A DNA stretch of 64,000 nucleotides. It comes from the human T2T-CHM13v2.0 reference genome, Homo sapiens. Positions 51,220 to 64,000 of this stretch are shown here, in pieces. Numbering within the stretch: position 1 is the stretch's first letter; the number at the start of each line of letters is the position of its first letter. Both the position numbers and the translations under genes were made by a program. Below the pieces are notes generated by a model. The model saw only the letters and a list, made by a program, of their open reading frames with translations, was not told the DNA's origin and did no database searches. Location of the stretch: the NCBI RefSeq assembly GCF_009914755.1, contig NC_060943.1; one strand, 5' to 3'.

Positions 51220-51660
51220 CTTTTTGTGTTTTACGTTCAACACCTTAAAATGTTAAAGATACACAGAAAAGTAGAGAGACAGGTCTAATGAAGACCTAGA
51301 CTCACTCCTTACCTGTTTCAATGATTATCAAATTCATGACCACATTTGCTTCATCTCTATCCCACCCACTTCCCCTCTCCTTCATCCCAATTATTGCAAA
51401 GCAATATACCAAGGTATCAAGCCACTGGAAAATAGTTCAGCATATGTTTCTAAAGGAAAAGGAATCTTTTAAAAAATAACCAAAACATTTTAAAATAAGT
51501 TAACAATGTCTTAGTATCATCTAAGATGTATACACACACACAAGCATAAAATCAAATAAAATACAATTAGACAAGCTATACTTTGTTTCAGGGAGGGAGT
51601 AAGGTCCACACATTGTGTTTGGTAGATATGCTTCTTATGTTTCTTGTAATCTTGTTTTCC
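51220..51660 (-). mobile_element. L1MC4/5-like 3' end
   Basis: acacagaaaagtagagag...ttcagcatatgtttctaaagg...aaggtccacacattgtgtttgg. Confidence 0.6.
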
Positions 51661-52659
51661 TTCCTAGCTAGTGCTTTAATCAAATTAGTTCTCTGAAGTG
51701 TCCCATTGACTTTGGAGGAAACTGAGGCCCCAGGAGGTTAAATGGTTGTGCCCAATGTCCCCAAGCAAGTCCATGACTCTGACCAGGGATGGAGTCCAGA
51801 TGTTTGAGAGTGTTCAACTTTCCTGCCCCAGCCCCAAGGCCCCCGCCCAGGCCCACTGAGGAGGGTCCAACCCCGGGTGCCCCGGACCCATCCTGGGGTC
51901 ATTGGAATGCCCTCTGCAGATCACTACTTCCTGTTTGCCTTTCCATGAGGCAGTGAACACTGCTGTGAAAAAGGTTCAAAGTGTTTCCTGACACACAAAG
52001 CCTCTAAAAGGCAATATTTTGATGATTTAAGTATAAATGATCAGAAACATGTGGATTTCATTTCCTTTAGAATACACTTGGGTATGAAAATTAACAGGAA
52101 ACGTGCTTGGCAAAATACAACCTGGGTTTCCTCAAAGCCCTGAAGTGGTTTAAGATGTTCAGTGGATTTGAAGGGAAGGTAGCCTTCTCTCTGTACCTTC
52201 CCACCAGGCTTGCACTCGCCCACACATTAAATCTGGGCAGGATTTGCTACTGGTGTGGCCTTGACCTTGTTGAGAAAGGCAGGGAGGAAGAGAAACAGGA
52301 GAAAGAGGAGGGAGAGTCTGGGTAAGAAGTAGGCAGCTTTTCCTAACTGGTGCTGCCTTCCCAAGAGGGGGACCTGACCTCTTTCCTTGGAAACAGCCCT
52401 CAACAAGTCCCTACTGGGTCCTACCTGTCCTCAGGTGTCCAGCCATGCTTTGGCCCCCTCTGTCCCTTTCCCTGAGAAAAACCACTTGGAGTTACAGAAA
52501 GACATGGCACACTCCACAGAGAGGCTTCTTTCCATCTTTACCCGTGTTAAGATAAGGTTCATTCCATGATAGAGGTAGGCAGCTTCAGAGCTCCCAGAAG
52601 TCCCAGAGCACAAGGCAGTGAAAGATCCTGGTAGAGCAAGAGGAGATGGAGAAGGAGAA

Positions 52660-53350
52660 CCTGAGGGCAGGAGAATGCTCTGGAGGGAGAGAGGAGAGAG
52701 GAGGAAAGGGAAGAATAAACGGAGTCAGAAAGGAAGGTAAGAGAGGGATAGGGAGACTAGAGAGGGAGAAAAGAAGGGAGGAAGGGTCGGGGGAGGGAAG
52801 AAGGGAGGAAGAGAAGAAAGAAGAGAAAAAAGAGGTGAGAGGGAAGGAGGAAGGGAGGGAGAGAAGGAGGGGAGACGGGAGAAAGGAAGAGCAGAAGGGA
52901 GGAATGAGGGAAGGCAGGCGTGAGGGAGAAAGGAAAGGAAGGAGAGGGAAGGAGAAAAGAAGGAAGGAAGAAAAAAAGGAGGGAGGGAGAGAAGAAGGGA
53001 GGGAGGAAAGGAGGGAGAGAGAAATGGGGGGAAAAGAAGAAAAGATTGGAGGGAAGGAGGAAGAGAGGAAGACAAGAAGGGATGGGAAAAGGGAGGGAGG
53101 GAGGAAGATAAAAAGAAAGGGAAAAGGGGAAAAAGGGAGAGGGAGAAAAGAAGGGAAAAAGGAGATATAGAAAAGAGAGGGAGGAAGAGAAGAATGGAGA
53201 GAGGAAGGAAGAATGGAGAGAGGAAGGAAGAAAGGAGAGAGAGGAGGGAAGGAGTAGAGCAGAATAGAGGGAAGAAGGATAGCAGGAGGGAGGGAGGAAG
53301 GAAGAAAAGAAAAGATGTGGGGAGAGAGACAGAGAGGAAGGAAGGAAAAG
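52660..53350. repeat. About 700-bp polypurine (GA-rich) low-complexity tract
   Basis: Almost exclusively A/G on the + strand (ggaa, gaga, aggg motifs). Confidence 0.95.
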
Positions 53351-53805
53351 TGTGTGATGGCCGGTGGGAAGGGTAGACAAAGGATAGACACAGAGATAGG
53401 CAGTGGATTCCTGGTTAGGATTTCTGGCTCTCAAGTAATGTGCTTGTCAGCAAGAATGTCCAGAAATGCCCCTTTAACTGGGCGTACTGCAAAAAGTGTG
53501 AGAAGCATTCTGGGAGTGGGTGGGTTTCACGAACTGGGGTAGTCTTCCTCACTCTGCTTTTTTGTTTTAATCATCAGTCAGCAGAAATGTCTCCAGAGGC
53601 CTTGCTGCTTGCCCTGATTAATGAACTTCAGATCTTTCTGTGCCCTGGGGTTCTGCCCATCATGAGCACTGGGCGGGATCCTAACACCATCACTCCTGGG
53701 ACCAGTTTTCATAAGTGGGCCTGCTAGGCATCTGCAGGCAGGGCTTGGCCACCTCCCAGGAGCCAGGCCCTGCTATGAGGTAGCCTGAGGACAGGACAGA
53801 GGACT

Positions 53806-54027
53806 GGACCACAAAGGCAGGGCTTTCCCTCCTGGGGACACACCCAGGACAGGAACACTTTTCCTGGTGGAACTGTGTGGGCAGAAGGGGCAACATGACC
53901 AGGGGGCAACTGGACCAGAAAGACAGGGCCAACAGGACCAGAAAGGCAGGGCTTACCCTCCTAAGGACACAGCCAGGACAGAAACACTTTTCCTGGTGGA
54001 GCTGTGTGGGCAGAAGGGGCAACATGA
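53806..54027 (+). repeat. 93-bp direct duplication (53806-53898, 53935-54027)
   Basis: Ungapped, 7 mismatches, offset 129. Confidence 0.92.
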
Positions 54028-54064
54028 TACCCTCAGTAATATGCCTGCCTGGGTCAAGATACAA

Positions 54065-54420
54065 GTGACTTGGTTTGGGGTTCCCCTAAAACAGAGCGCA
54101 AGATAAGGCTTTGAGGGCAAGGAGTTTATGTAGGGGGTGACCACAGGAAGCACAGAGAGGGTGGGGAGAAGTGAGACAGAGAAGGAAGAAAAGCCAATAA
54201 GGTCTTGTTAGTGAGGAAGTTACTGCAGTGGGCAACTGGGGCCCAACAGCACGGGTGTTCCTCTGGCAGACGCTATGAAGAATGCGCCTCAGATGGTCCC
54301 ACAGAAAGATAAGGAGCTGAATGTGCATCCACCACATCCTGTCCCCTGCTGGTCAGGTGGCTCCTGTGGCTGTCACCTCCCTCACTCTCTGGTCCTCTCC
54401 CCAGCATGCTCCCTAGGCCA
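54065..54420. mobile_element. ERVL LTR33-like LTR
   Basis: caggaagcacagagagggtggggagaagtgagacagagaaggaagaaaagccaataagg...ttactgcagtgggcaactgggg. Confidence 0.65.
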
Positions 54421-55602
54421 ATGTAGTAAGTTATGAGCTTAAATGGGAACTATCTTCAAGCTGCTTCTAGAGTATGCTCAGTAGATCTTGGATCCCTTGG
54501 ATAGGAATCTTGGCAGGGTCCCTATACCAGTCCCACCCTTGAGGAAAACATCGATACTTTGCCCAGATGAACAGGCTGAAAGCTGGTGAGTGAAGGGTGC
54601 CAAGTAGCAGAGGCCCATAATTGCACCTGTCCTGGCAAGAGATGAGCAATGAACAGTTTATCAAGCATCGCCCAGCATGCACCAAGCACTTATGGGCCCA
54701 GCACCCATTCAAGGGACTTTTGCTCCCTGGACTCCAGCCTCTTCTGCCCAAGGCAAGAGAGAAAGAACTGGAAAAATACCTTTGCTCTGGGCTTTGCATG
54801 GCCTGGATCAGGTTCACAGCTAATTAGAAGTAAATGTGAAGCACAATTATGTATGAACCTTCGGTGGCCAAATTCATGAAAGGAATAACGGGTATATGTT
54901 TCCTTTCTGTAGAATTTTAACAAACAAGTGGCATTGTCATCCATTATTTATCTTTTTTCAATTGCAGTGAATTGTTGCAGTGACAAATATCCAATTTCTG
55001 TATTTACAGAAAACTCACACATGTGTAGATCATGGTACAGTTTCATATTTACTGTATAAAGTACTGACTTGTTTTTTTAAATAGAGAAATTTGGTAATTA
55101 TTGCTCTATTTCTTAAGATGTGAAAGATGATGCATAATAAATTGATAGGCCATTTCTTTTGTGCTCCCGTAAAAAAATAGCCAGCCAGCTTCTCCTTGGA
55201 AATCGTGGCTCTTTATATTTGGGGAAACTTAACCTCTAGCAGGATGAGACACCTGGAGAGAACACACTCTAGGCACACAGCAGATGAGCAACAAATATAT
55301 GTTTATAAAATTTGTTGGTTGACAGAGTCACGGAGAACTGGTATTGTTTTTAAATACCCCAGGCAGGGTTGAAGACACACCTTGAAATATACACTGCAGT
55401 CTTGGGCCCTTAGCATTGGATGACCACACAGTCATCACTTGTTCACATCTTCAACTTGGTTACAGTTTTGTGTAGGATTGTGAGAAAAAGGAGCTTGCAG
55501 GACTGAAGGTAAAAACCTGCACAGCATCGTAAGACAATCCTCCAAGCTGACTGAGCAACCATGGCTCTCTTACCCAGGCTTCTTGGCCTGGGAGAAATGA
55601 AG

Positions 55603-55980
55603 TGTATTAGTCCATTCTCACACTGCTAATACAGACATACCTGGGACTGGTTAATTTATAAAGGAAAGAGATTTAACTGACACCCAGTTCCAAAGGGCTG
55701 GGGAGGCCTCAGGAAATTTGCAATCATGGCAGAAGTGGAAGCAAACACATCCTTCTTCACATGGTGGCAGCAAGGAGAAGTGCCGAGCAAAAGGTGGAAA
55801 ATCCACTTATAAAACCATCAGATCTTGTGAGAACTCACTAACTATCAGGAGAACAGAAAGATAGGGGTAACCACCCCCATGATTCAATTACTTACCACTG
55901 GGTCCCTTGCACAATATATGGGGATTATGGGAACTACAATTCAAGATGAGATTTGGGTGGGGACACAGCCAAACCATATC
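55603..55980 (-). mobile_element. THE1D-like solo LTR
   Basis: tgtattagtccattctcacactgct...ggaagcaaacacatccttcttcacatgg...gggacacagccaaaccatatc. Confidence 0.92.
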
Positions 55981-57667
55981 TGTACCTCCAATGTCGCTTC
56001 ATTCATTCATCTGTTCTAATGGAATCTACTACAAAAGTCAGACGTGTTGATTGCTGAGGAGGCACAGCATTACACATGGCCTTGTTCTCCAGAGACTCAG
56101 GGCTTGGAGATCAAACATAGCCATGGACGGAAGCTAACAGTGGAACGTGTTCAGGATGATGGCAGAGTCTGAACCAATTGTACGTAGCAGGTGAGCAAAG
56201 GAAGGAGGGGCCATAAGGACCTTCAAGCTCTTGCCCATGAGCTGGCCTCTCTTCTTCTCTTATGTGATGTGTACTGACTAAGTGTGGCTCAGTGTAAGAG
56301 AAACAAGTAGATGTCAAAGTAACTTGTGTTAAAATGATTCCATCTATTTCAGGAGTCCAGTTGTCATTTCTAAGCCCTTGTTTACAGATGCTTTCTCTTG
56401 AGTCCAGTAACATGTGAATACTATATTCTGTGAGTTCTTGCTTTTAACCCCACTTCTCCTGAGTTCCCTACATTTGTAAAAAAGAAAAAAAAAAAGAAAA
56501 AAAAATCAAACTAATTAGATAACTGAACCACATGTACCTTCCCTACCCTGAAAAGAAAATTGAGCCTTCTGAACTTGTCATCCCTACTACCTCATCCCAT
56601 ACTCTCATTTTCTTCTTTACATTCTAGCAACAAATTTTCATATACGTACACAAAAACAAAACAAAACACAATAACAAACAAAAAATAATAATAAGAGTAA
56701 GAGAGAGTGCTTGAAGGGGCACCAGCTAGACCAAGTGTGTGGGCCTCCAATTTCTCAGAGTCTGGCTTGAACTACTTACAGAACAGAGGTCCTTGGGGAT
56801 CACACTTGGGTCTGCCTGTGACTATAGAGCTCCCCAGGATATGAGCCCCGGACCAAAAACAGCCTTTTATATGAACCCATGGGCTCCACCATGAACCTGG
56901 TCCTAAAAATTAGCCTCTTGATTTTTTCTTTATTATTATCATTTTTTTTTTTTTTTTTTACTGAGCAGCTGCTATCAATGACTTCTCAAGTTTTGCTTTC
57001 TGGTAACTACCATTCCAAAGCACTCTAAAAACCAATTTTACACTTAATAAATTTTAACTATTCAATATTTTTCATTTTAAAACTAAATAACAGACATTTA
57101 AAAGAGTATTTCTTTTTTAATGACACTCATGCCACTATTTTAGAAAGTCAGGTGACATTCACCATGCATTCCTATCTCCTTAACTGCCAAATACTCTATT
57201 AGTCAAGTTTGTTCATATTTACAAGATTTTTTTTTTGGATGTTTTACTGCTATCAGAAGATCTAACATCTGTTTCTCCAGGGATTCTCCATGTGTTCTGT
57301 AGTTTACAACAATTGAAACCACTGTTTTCGAAATACATTTGGATTAAACTCAATGTACTAAGACTCAATTTCACAGGGAGCCCCATGCACGCGTCTGGGG
57401 TTTTCTCTCATGTAATTTTTCCGAATGGTGAGACATTTGCTCTGGATTTAGGTGGGTGAGATAGAATAACAGTGGAGTTCAATGGAGTGCATGTGTAAAA
57501 TAACGCTGTTAAAGGCCCAAGTGTGGGGAGGGTTTCTGGGAGTCCCTGTTTCTGCCTGGAGCACAACAGAAGAAAGAAAGCTCCTTTGACTTTGCTCTTT
57601 TGGGAACCACAGTGGCAGGGGCAAGTCCAGCACATCGCCTTGTGTCCTTCCCTGGCCATCAACAACA

Positions 57668-58258
57668 CCGTCCATAGACCTTTCTGTGGTGATGGGAATG
57701 TTCTACATCTACACTTCCCAATATAGTGTTGCCACTGGTCTCTGGCAGCAATTTAGTGTTGAAATATGGCCAGTGAGACTGAGCAGCTGAGATTTTTATT
57801 TTATTTAATATTTTAAATTTAAATTTGAATTCTAATATCCATGCACGACTAGTGGCTATCTGTATTAGTTCTTTCTTGTGCTGCTAATAAAGAAATACCT
57901 GAGCCTGGGTAATTTATAAAAGAAAGAAGTTTAACTGACTTACAGTTCAGCATGGCTGGGGAAGCCTCAGGAAACTTACAATCCTGGTGGAAGAGGAAGC
58001 AAACACATCCTTTTCACATGGCGGCAGCAAGGAGAAGAATGAGTGCCCAGTAAAGGGGAAAGCCCTTTATAAAACCATTAGATCTTGTGAGAACTAACTC
58101 ACTATCACGAGAATAGGATGGGAGAAACCACCCCTATGATGCAATTATCTCTACCTGGTCCCTCCTATGACACTTGGGGATTATGAGAACTACAATTCAA
58201 GATGAGATTTGAGTGGGGACACAGCCAAACCATATTACTATCATTTCGGACGATGGAG
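57668..58258. mobile_element. MER3-like hAT MITE interrupted by THE1D
   Basis: tccatagacctttctgtggtgatgggaatgttctacatct...gactagtggctatc[LTR]atttcggac. Confidence 0.7.
57861..58237 (-). mobile_element. THE1D-like solo LTR
   Basis: Full LTR with perfect 5-bp TSD CTATC (57856-57860, 58238-58242). Confidence 0.93.
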
Positions 58259-58859
58259 GTCTACATGCCTCAGCTACTCTGAGATGTGTCTCCACTGAAC
58301 CCTCTCTTATTTCTCCAGACCATCAATGTCTCTGATCTACACTCCTTCAATAGAACAAATTACACCACTGGTCCCAAACTGTTGACTACTGTGCCCAGTG
58401 TCAGTCCATATGCCATTGTTGTACAGACCAGAAAAGGGGCTCTTCCTAAAGCTTTCTTCTCTCAAGTATTAGAAAGTGACATACCGACATGCAAATTCAC
58501 CAGGGCACAGATATAACAGGCACCCCATAAGCATGGGCAATGTGTGTGGCCTGCCCAACTCCAACTGCACGTACTTGTCCTGTTCTCCATGTGGTTTCCA
58601 ATCCTTGGATGTGTACACAGCATACAGACTGCTGACAGCATGCAGACTGCTGGCACCATGAGAACACTCACCATCTTCCCCCAACACCTCACGGTAACAA
58701 GCAGAGGTCCAAACAAACCACGGAGTCCTGACAAGAAGCTGACTGCTCTGACAATCTTCTTCCTGACACAGAAGTCCATTTCGTAGTAGTGTCATTTCTG
58801 TGGGGTCTTCCTGAAGAATCATCATCCATCATTTCCTGTAGGATATCCCTGTGTGCCTT

Positions 58860-59185
58860 CAGATATAGGGAATCAGTTACAAAGCCCCACTTCAGCCTCT
58901 GCTTTGTGGAACGGAGATCCTGGAGTGCTGTGACCAGCTTAGGCATTGTGTTCATGATGGAGGCAGAGGTCAAAGGGTGCAAGCCAAAGTACACAGGACT
59001 CTGCAGGTCTAGGCATGGGGTAACTAACATGCCACCACTTCTGCTGTGGGTTTTGGCCAAAGCAAGTCACATGGGGTGAAGAAGAACACCCTAACTTTAT
59101 GAGAGGAACTCCAAAGTCACAGAGCAGAGTGCATGGACACAGGAGATGGAAAGGAGCGAAGAACTGGACCATCGTTGCAATCCAT
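58860..59185 (-). mobile_element. MLT1H/I/J-like LTR fragment
   Basis: catgatggaggcagagg...ccacttctgctgtgggttttggccaaagcaagtcacatgg...gagaggaactccaaagtcac...catggacacagg. Confidence 0.65.
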
Positions 59186-59413
59186 GGCTCACAAATTCTA
59201 AAGCAATGTATACTGAGAGGTGAACACTGGATGTCTTGGCAGCAAGAACGTGAATATGGGTGATTGTTATTATCTTTGCTTTATCTATATTTTATCATTT
59301 CATTTTACAGTGTCAAATTATAGAATAGGTATAATTTAATCTTAATAAGGGAAATAGACTCATGAAAACAATCTGGAAAATATAGAAAAGTAGAGGGGGA
59401 AACCCACCTAAAC

Positions 59414-59625
59414 TGTGTTTTTCACCAAGATGGTTACTAGCATTGTGAGTGAGACACTTCTTTCTTGCTGAAGACTGTCTCGTGCATTGCAAGATGTTTA
59501 AAATCTTTGGTTCCTGGACATCCAATGCCAGTAATGGCTTCTTGTCATTTTTGCAACCAACTTCACCACCACCGCCACCCACATTTCTAAATCACCTCCA
59601 GAGGCCTCCCTCATTGAGAACACAG
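59414..59625 (-). mobile_element. MER20-like hAT MITE (diverged)
   Basis: gactgtctcgtgcattgcaagatgttta...aatgccagtaa...gcaaccaa...cacatttctaaat...ttgagaacac. Confidence 0.55.
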
Positions 59626-61373
59626 AAAACCACATTTATCTTTTTGATGTGGTTACTCTTTGGCTTTTACGTGCATGACATTCATTCATTCACTCATTTT
59701 AAAAATAATCGTATGGTTTTACTTATTTATTGTTCATTGTTTTCCATTGATATGGTACACCACATGGATAATGTTGAATATAGATTTTTAAATTCCTATT
59801 TAAATTAATAATGTACAGATGATTCTGCATGTCACCTAAATGGCCGAAAGTCTTCTGATCTTCTCACGCCATCTGGCCTTTAACAAGAAAACATTTTTAA
59901 ATAGGTACCTAATTGGCTGTAAAAAGTCCATTGCATTCCCCAAGACTTTTCGTAGCTTTCTAAGGTGAGGGAGGGGTGCCTCCCTTCTTGTTGCTATGGC
60001 TTTAGTCACTCCCTTCCATCTCTCCCCATCATCCCAGACACCTCTACTATCTGTTTCCTACAGCCCTGCCCTCTTTCCCCACCACTTTTCGTGGACACCT
60101 CTCTTCTCATTTATTTATCCAGGAATTTCTTACTCAAGTCATTAGTAGGTAATAGACTGTTACTACACATTTGGTGATAATGGAAGATCACTGCTGCATG
60201 GAGCTGGAAATAACCCCAAAGTGTGTATCAGGAATCACAGCTGCTCAAGTTCAATGGCCACTATGTGTTTTAGGGCACACTTCAGGTTTGCAGGGAGTAC
60301 TTACTCGTAACTTTCTTGCCTGCAAGTTTTGAGTCAATTTAGACACGCTCCAGTGAGGGAGGAAGATATCGGCTAAACTGTTGGAGAACATAGCTTGAAT
60401 CTGCAGCCAAAGTCAGCATTCTGATGCGTTCCCCTCAAGCTGACAACCTGCGAGTTCTTACCCAGCCTACTGCATGGAGGATTGTGACCTATTTTTCAGG
60501 AGAGGCTGGTTATAGAGATCACATAAGGGCAGTTTCTTTAACACATTAATCCCACCTGATAGAAAAATACTGACCAGCGAGAGTCCAACTCTTCCTATTC
60601 CCTATCAGATGGATCTCTCTCCTTTCTGAAGGAGAGAGGAGGACAAAGATCCCCTGAATTTCTGGTGAGTCCAGCGCTCTTTTTTGTCTCCATCCCACCG
60701 TTAAACTGCCTTCTCCTTTATTATTTTCATCTCTTCTCCAACATCCAGTGAACAATGCCTCCCTCTTCTTCCTCTTTCTGGCCACAGAAAAATAAAAATA
60801 TTTATTGCTTTGAAAGTCACATCCAATCTGATCCTGAGTTACTGTTATACCTTAAAGGAATCCTTGTCAAAGATGTTGAGGAAATTCTTCCATATTTCAT
60901 TAGTAAAAGAAATTTATAATTTATACACACAAACACACACACACAAACACAGACGTAATGTTAACCAAAAAACTCTATTGTGTTTCCTTACTCTTGTACA
61001 TAAAGACACCTTTTTAAAAAAATGCATTGAAGATGAAAAACTTATAAAAATGACTAGTGAAAAATAAACCCAAAGATTCAGGGTATGAGAAAGGCCCAAG
61101 TGCACTACTGATACTATTCAATAAGTGAGCCTTTGTATAAGAGATGAATTAAACTAACAGACTAAGGACAAAAACCACTCTGTTCCAACTTCCCAAAAAT
61201 AATAGAAAAATATTTTAAAACAAAATTAATAGAGAATAGGTACATATGGACAGTGCAAAACAAGAAAATGTGGATCAGCAGACCAGAACATGTGAGGAAT
61301 TCCTAGAAGACAGAAACCAGATGGGATTAGAGTGACAAGAGTAGATGAATCTATAGCCAAAAATCATAAGCAG

Positions 61374-61883
61374 CGTGCAGGATGAATCCCCACATGGCCT
61401 TGGCTCACCCAGCTCTTCCCCCTTTCTCACTTGTAGTTCTCAAAAATAACTATAGAAAGTGCTGGGAATGTAACATCCTGAGATAACGAGGAACTGGCTA
61501 GAACAGAGCGCGGGCTGTTCCTGTTCGTCCTAGAACACGATGTCCTTCAGCGCGTTAGCCCAGAAACTCAATTGTGCCTGGGTATAAAACCCAGGGCAGA
61601 GTAGCCTTTTGGGGTCCGTCAGTTCCAGGGCAATGTAATGTGAGACATTGAGATAAGACTCCATCTGCCCCAGGAGCAGATTTCCTGAGCCCTAGGGGAC
61701 TGGCTCGCCTTGAATTCCAGACACGGATTTTCCCTTGCTGGCTATCTGTAGGTAATAAAGTTGCTTTAATTAATTTGCTATGTTAGTCTTCTGTCTCCCT
61801 AGACTTGTGCAAGTGATAGAATAACCAGTGACTAGTGAATCTACTAGAGAAACTGGGGCTTACACGGTGAATCCTGCTTCACA
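61374..61883 (+). mobile_element. LTR32-like solo LTR with TATA box and poly(A) signal
   Basis: cttgtagttctcaaaaataactatagaaagtgctgggaatg...gggtataaaacccaggg...aataaa...cctgcttcaca. Confidence 0.75.
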
Positions 61884-62284
61884 CACCCCACAGTTACTCT
61901 GAAGCTAAAAACAAATGCAAAGAAATCCTAAAGCCCAGGTTAGAAGACTGCAATTAGAGCAGCTTCCAGGAAATTCTCTCCTGTCCCCTGTCCCACCCTC
62001 TATGCAACTCACAACTGAACGTCTATCAGCTCAGTCCATGAAATGCCCTCCAAGGAAAGTAAACCTTCTGGTCGGGGCTTAGTAGAAGGGGATCACCAGA
62101 AGTAGTAGAGGGAGGCTGAGGAAATGCCAAGTGTTTATAATATTATACAGTTCCACAATTAGTAATGTAGTTATCAATTTTTATATGTTTGTTGTTCATT
62201 GGGATTTCTCTATAAAGTTTCTGTTCAAATACGTTGTTCCTTTTTTATTAGGTTATCTTTTTAAATTTCATTTTTGTTTTTATA

Positions 62285-62550
62285 TTTTTTGAGATGGGGT
62301 CTCACTACAGTGCCAGGCTGGAGTGCAGTGATGAGAATATGGCTCACTGTAGCCATGACCTCCCAAACCAGGCACCTCAGCCTCCTGAGTAGCTGGGACT
62401 ACAGGCACACACCACCAAGCTCAGCTAATTGTTGTATTTTTAGTGGAGATGGGGTTTCACCATGTTGCCTAGGCTGAACTTGAACTCCTGGGGAGAAGTG
62501 ATCCACCTGCCTCAGCCACCCAAAGTGCTGGGATTACAGATGTGAGTGAC
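62285..62550 (-). mobile_element. AluJ
   Basis: Antisense, diverged Alu dimer. Confidence 0.85.
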
Positions 62551-62932
62551 AATGAGTATGCCTATGTGTCTTTTTTCTATATATATTTGAAATAATTCTG
62601 TGCATATTCTGGGTAAAGATCATTTGCTAATTTGTGTTGCAAATGTGGCTTCTCATTTCATAATGTCTCTTCTAAGTTCTGTATGGTATGTTTAATTTCC
62701 TAATTTTAATGTGGTAACATTTAATCAATTTCTCTTCTTTATCATTAGTATATTTTGTATCTGTTTAAGAAATATTTTTCTGCACCAAAACCTTAACATA
62801 TGCTCCTATGTTATTTTTTGAAAGCTTCGTAGTTTTGCTTTTCATAGTTAGCTCTATAATCCAGATACAGTTTATTTTGTCAGTGGTGTGAGGTAGGGAT
62901 TCAATTTTAATTCTGTTTCCATATAAATATCT

Positions 62933-63190
62933 TTGAGGTGGGAGGATCATTTGGGGCCAGGAGTTTGATTCCAGCCTGGGCAACTTTTTGAGACCCTCAT
63001 CTCTACAAAAAATTTAAAAATGAGCTAGGTTTGGTGGCGCATGCCTGTGGTCTCAGCCACTCATGAGGCTGAGGTGGGAGAATCACTTGAGCCCAGGAGG
63101 TTGAGGCTGCAGTGAGCCATGATCATGCTACTCACTCCAGCCTGGGACACAGTGAGATCCTGTCTCAAATAAATCAATAAATAATATATA
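62933..63190 (+). mobile_element. AluJ, 5'-truncated
   Basis: Sense Alu; TSD ataaatatcttt / atgaatatcttt. Confidence 0.88.
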
Positions 63191-63436
63191 AGTTTATAAA
63201 AATATGAATATCTTTATTGTCTAGGGACATTTATTTAAAAATCTACTTTATCCCATTGCTCTTCAGTAATATGTTTATTTATGACTTTTCCATTCTATTG
63301 TGTTGATCTTCCAGATACCAAAGACTTATTATAGAACTAGTGTGATATTGGCTACAGATAGATAAATAAATAAGTCCTCTTACCACTTTCTTCTCCTTCG
63401 AGAGTGTCTTGGGGAAAAACACTTGGAAAATATTGA

Positions 63437-63816
<380 letters not shown>

Positions 63817-64000
63817 ACAGATGGCTATTGTTTTTTAACCCTGAGAGTTGCTGGCCTTCATTTACTCCAGCAATTGCTGGAATATTCATTTAGGGCATTA
63901 GTCCATTTTCATTTAGGGCAGGCACTAATACACATGATTTCAGCTCCTCCATCTAACTCTGTGTTAATTGCTGCTTGCATGCTGTGGCATCCCCTTTCCT

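Noticed and set aside
52585-53434. Longest ORFs (268, 225 and 174 aa)
   Set aside because: Artefacts of the stop-free GA-rich tract.
55603-58237. Two same-orientation THE1D LTRs 1.9 kb apart as a full THE1 provirus
   Set aside because: The intervening DNA is not THE1-int, and the second LTR has its own TSD (CTATC) inside a MER3; they are independent solo LTRs.

Overview
Primate (most likely human or another catarrhine) non-coding genomic DNA, intergenic or deep intronic, dominated by interspersed repeats. These include 13 Alu/FRAM elements (AluJ, AluS, AluY), large old L1M blocks on both strands, one young L1PA 3' end, and MaLR/ERV LTRs (MLT1, THE1C/D, LTR33, LTR16, LTR32, MER39). DNA-transposon MITEs (MER1A, MER20, MER3, MADE2), MIR/L2 remnants and several simple repeats are also present. 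I find no supportable protein-coding gene, tRNA, rRNA or CRISPR array; the ORF-track entries are repeat-derived, low-complexity or chance ORFs, and I cannot name the locus. No new biological system is demonstrable. The most interesting signal is a set of locally templated rearrangements. The clearest is a 237-bp inverted repeat with an inverted spacer inside one L1 (A-B-C'-B'-D), whose arms become more identical towards the centre. The others are a 68-bp templated insertion in MER1A, a 132-bp dispersed direct repeat, a 93-bp tandem duplication with a patchwork junction, and a CCTT microsatellite with higher-order structure. Repeat-free blocks near 11-12.5 kb and 40-41.4 kb carry enhancer-like motif clusters and possible lncRNA splice sites. 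Repeat subfamily names come from recalled consensus sequences, not from a RepeatMasker run, and boundaries of old elements are approximate.
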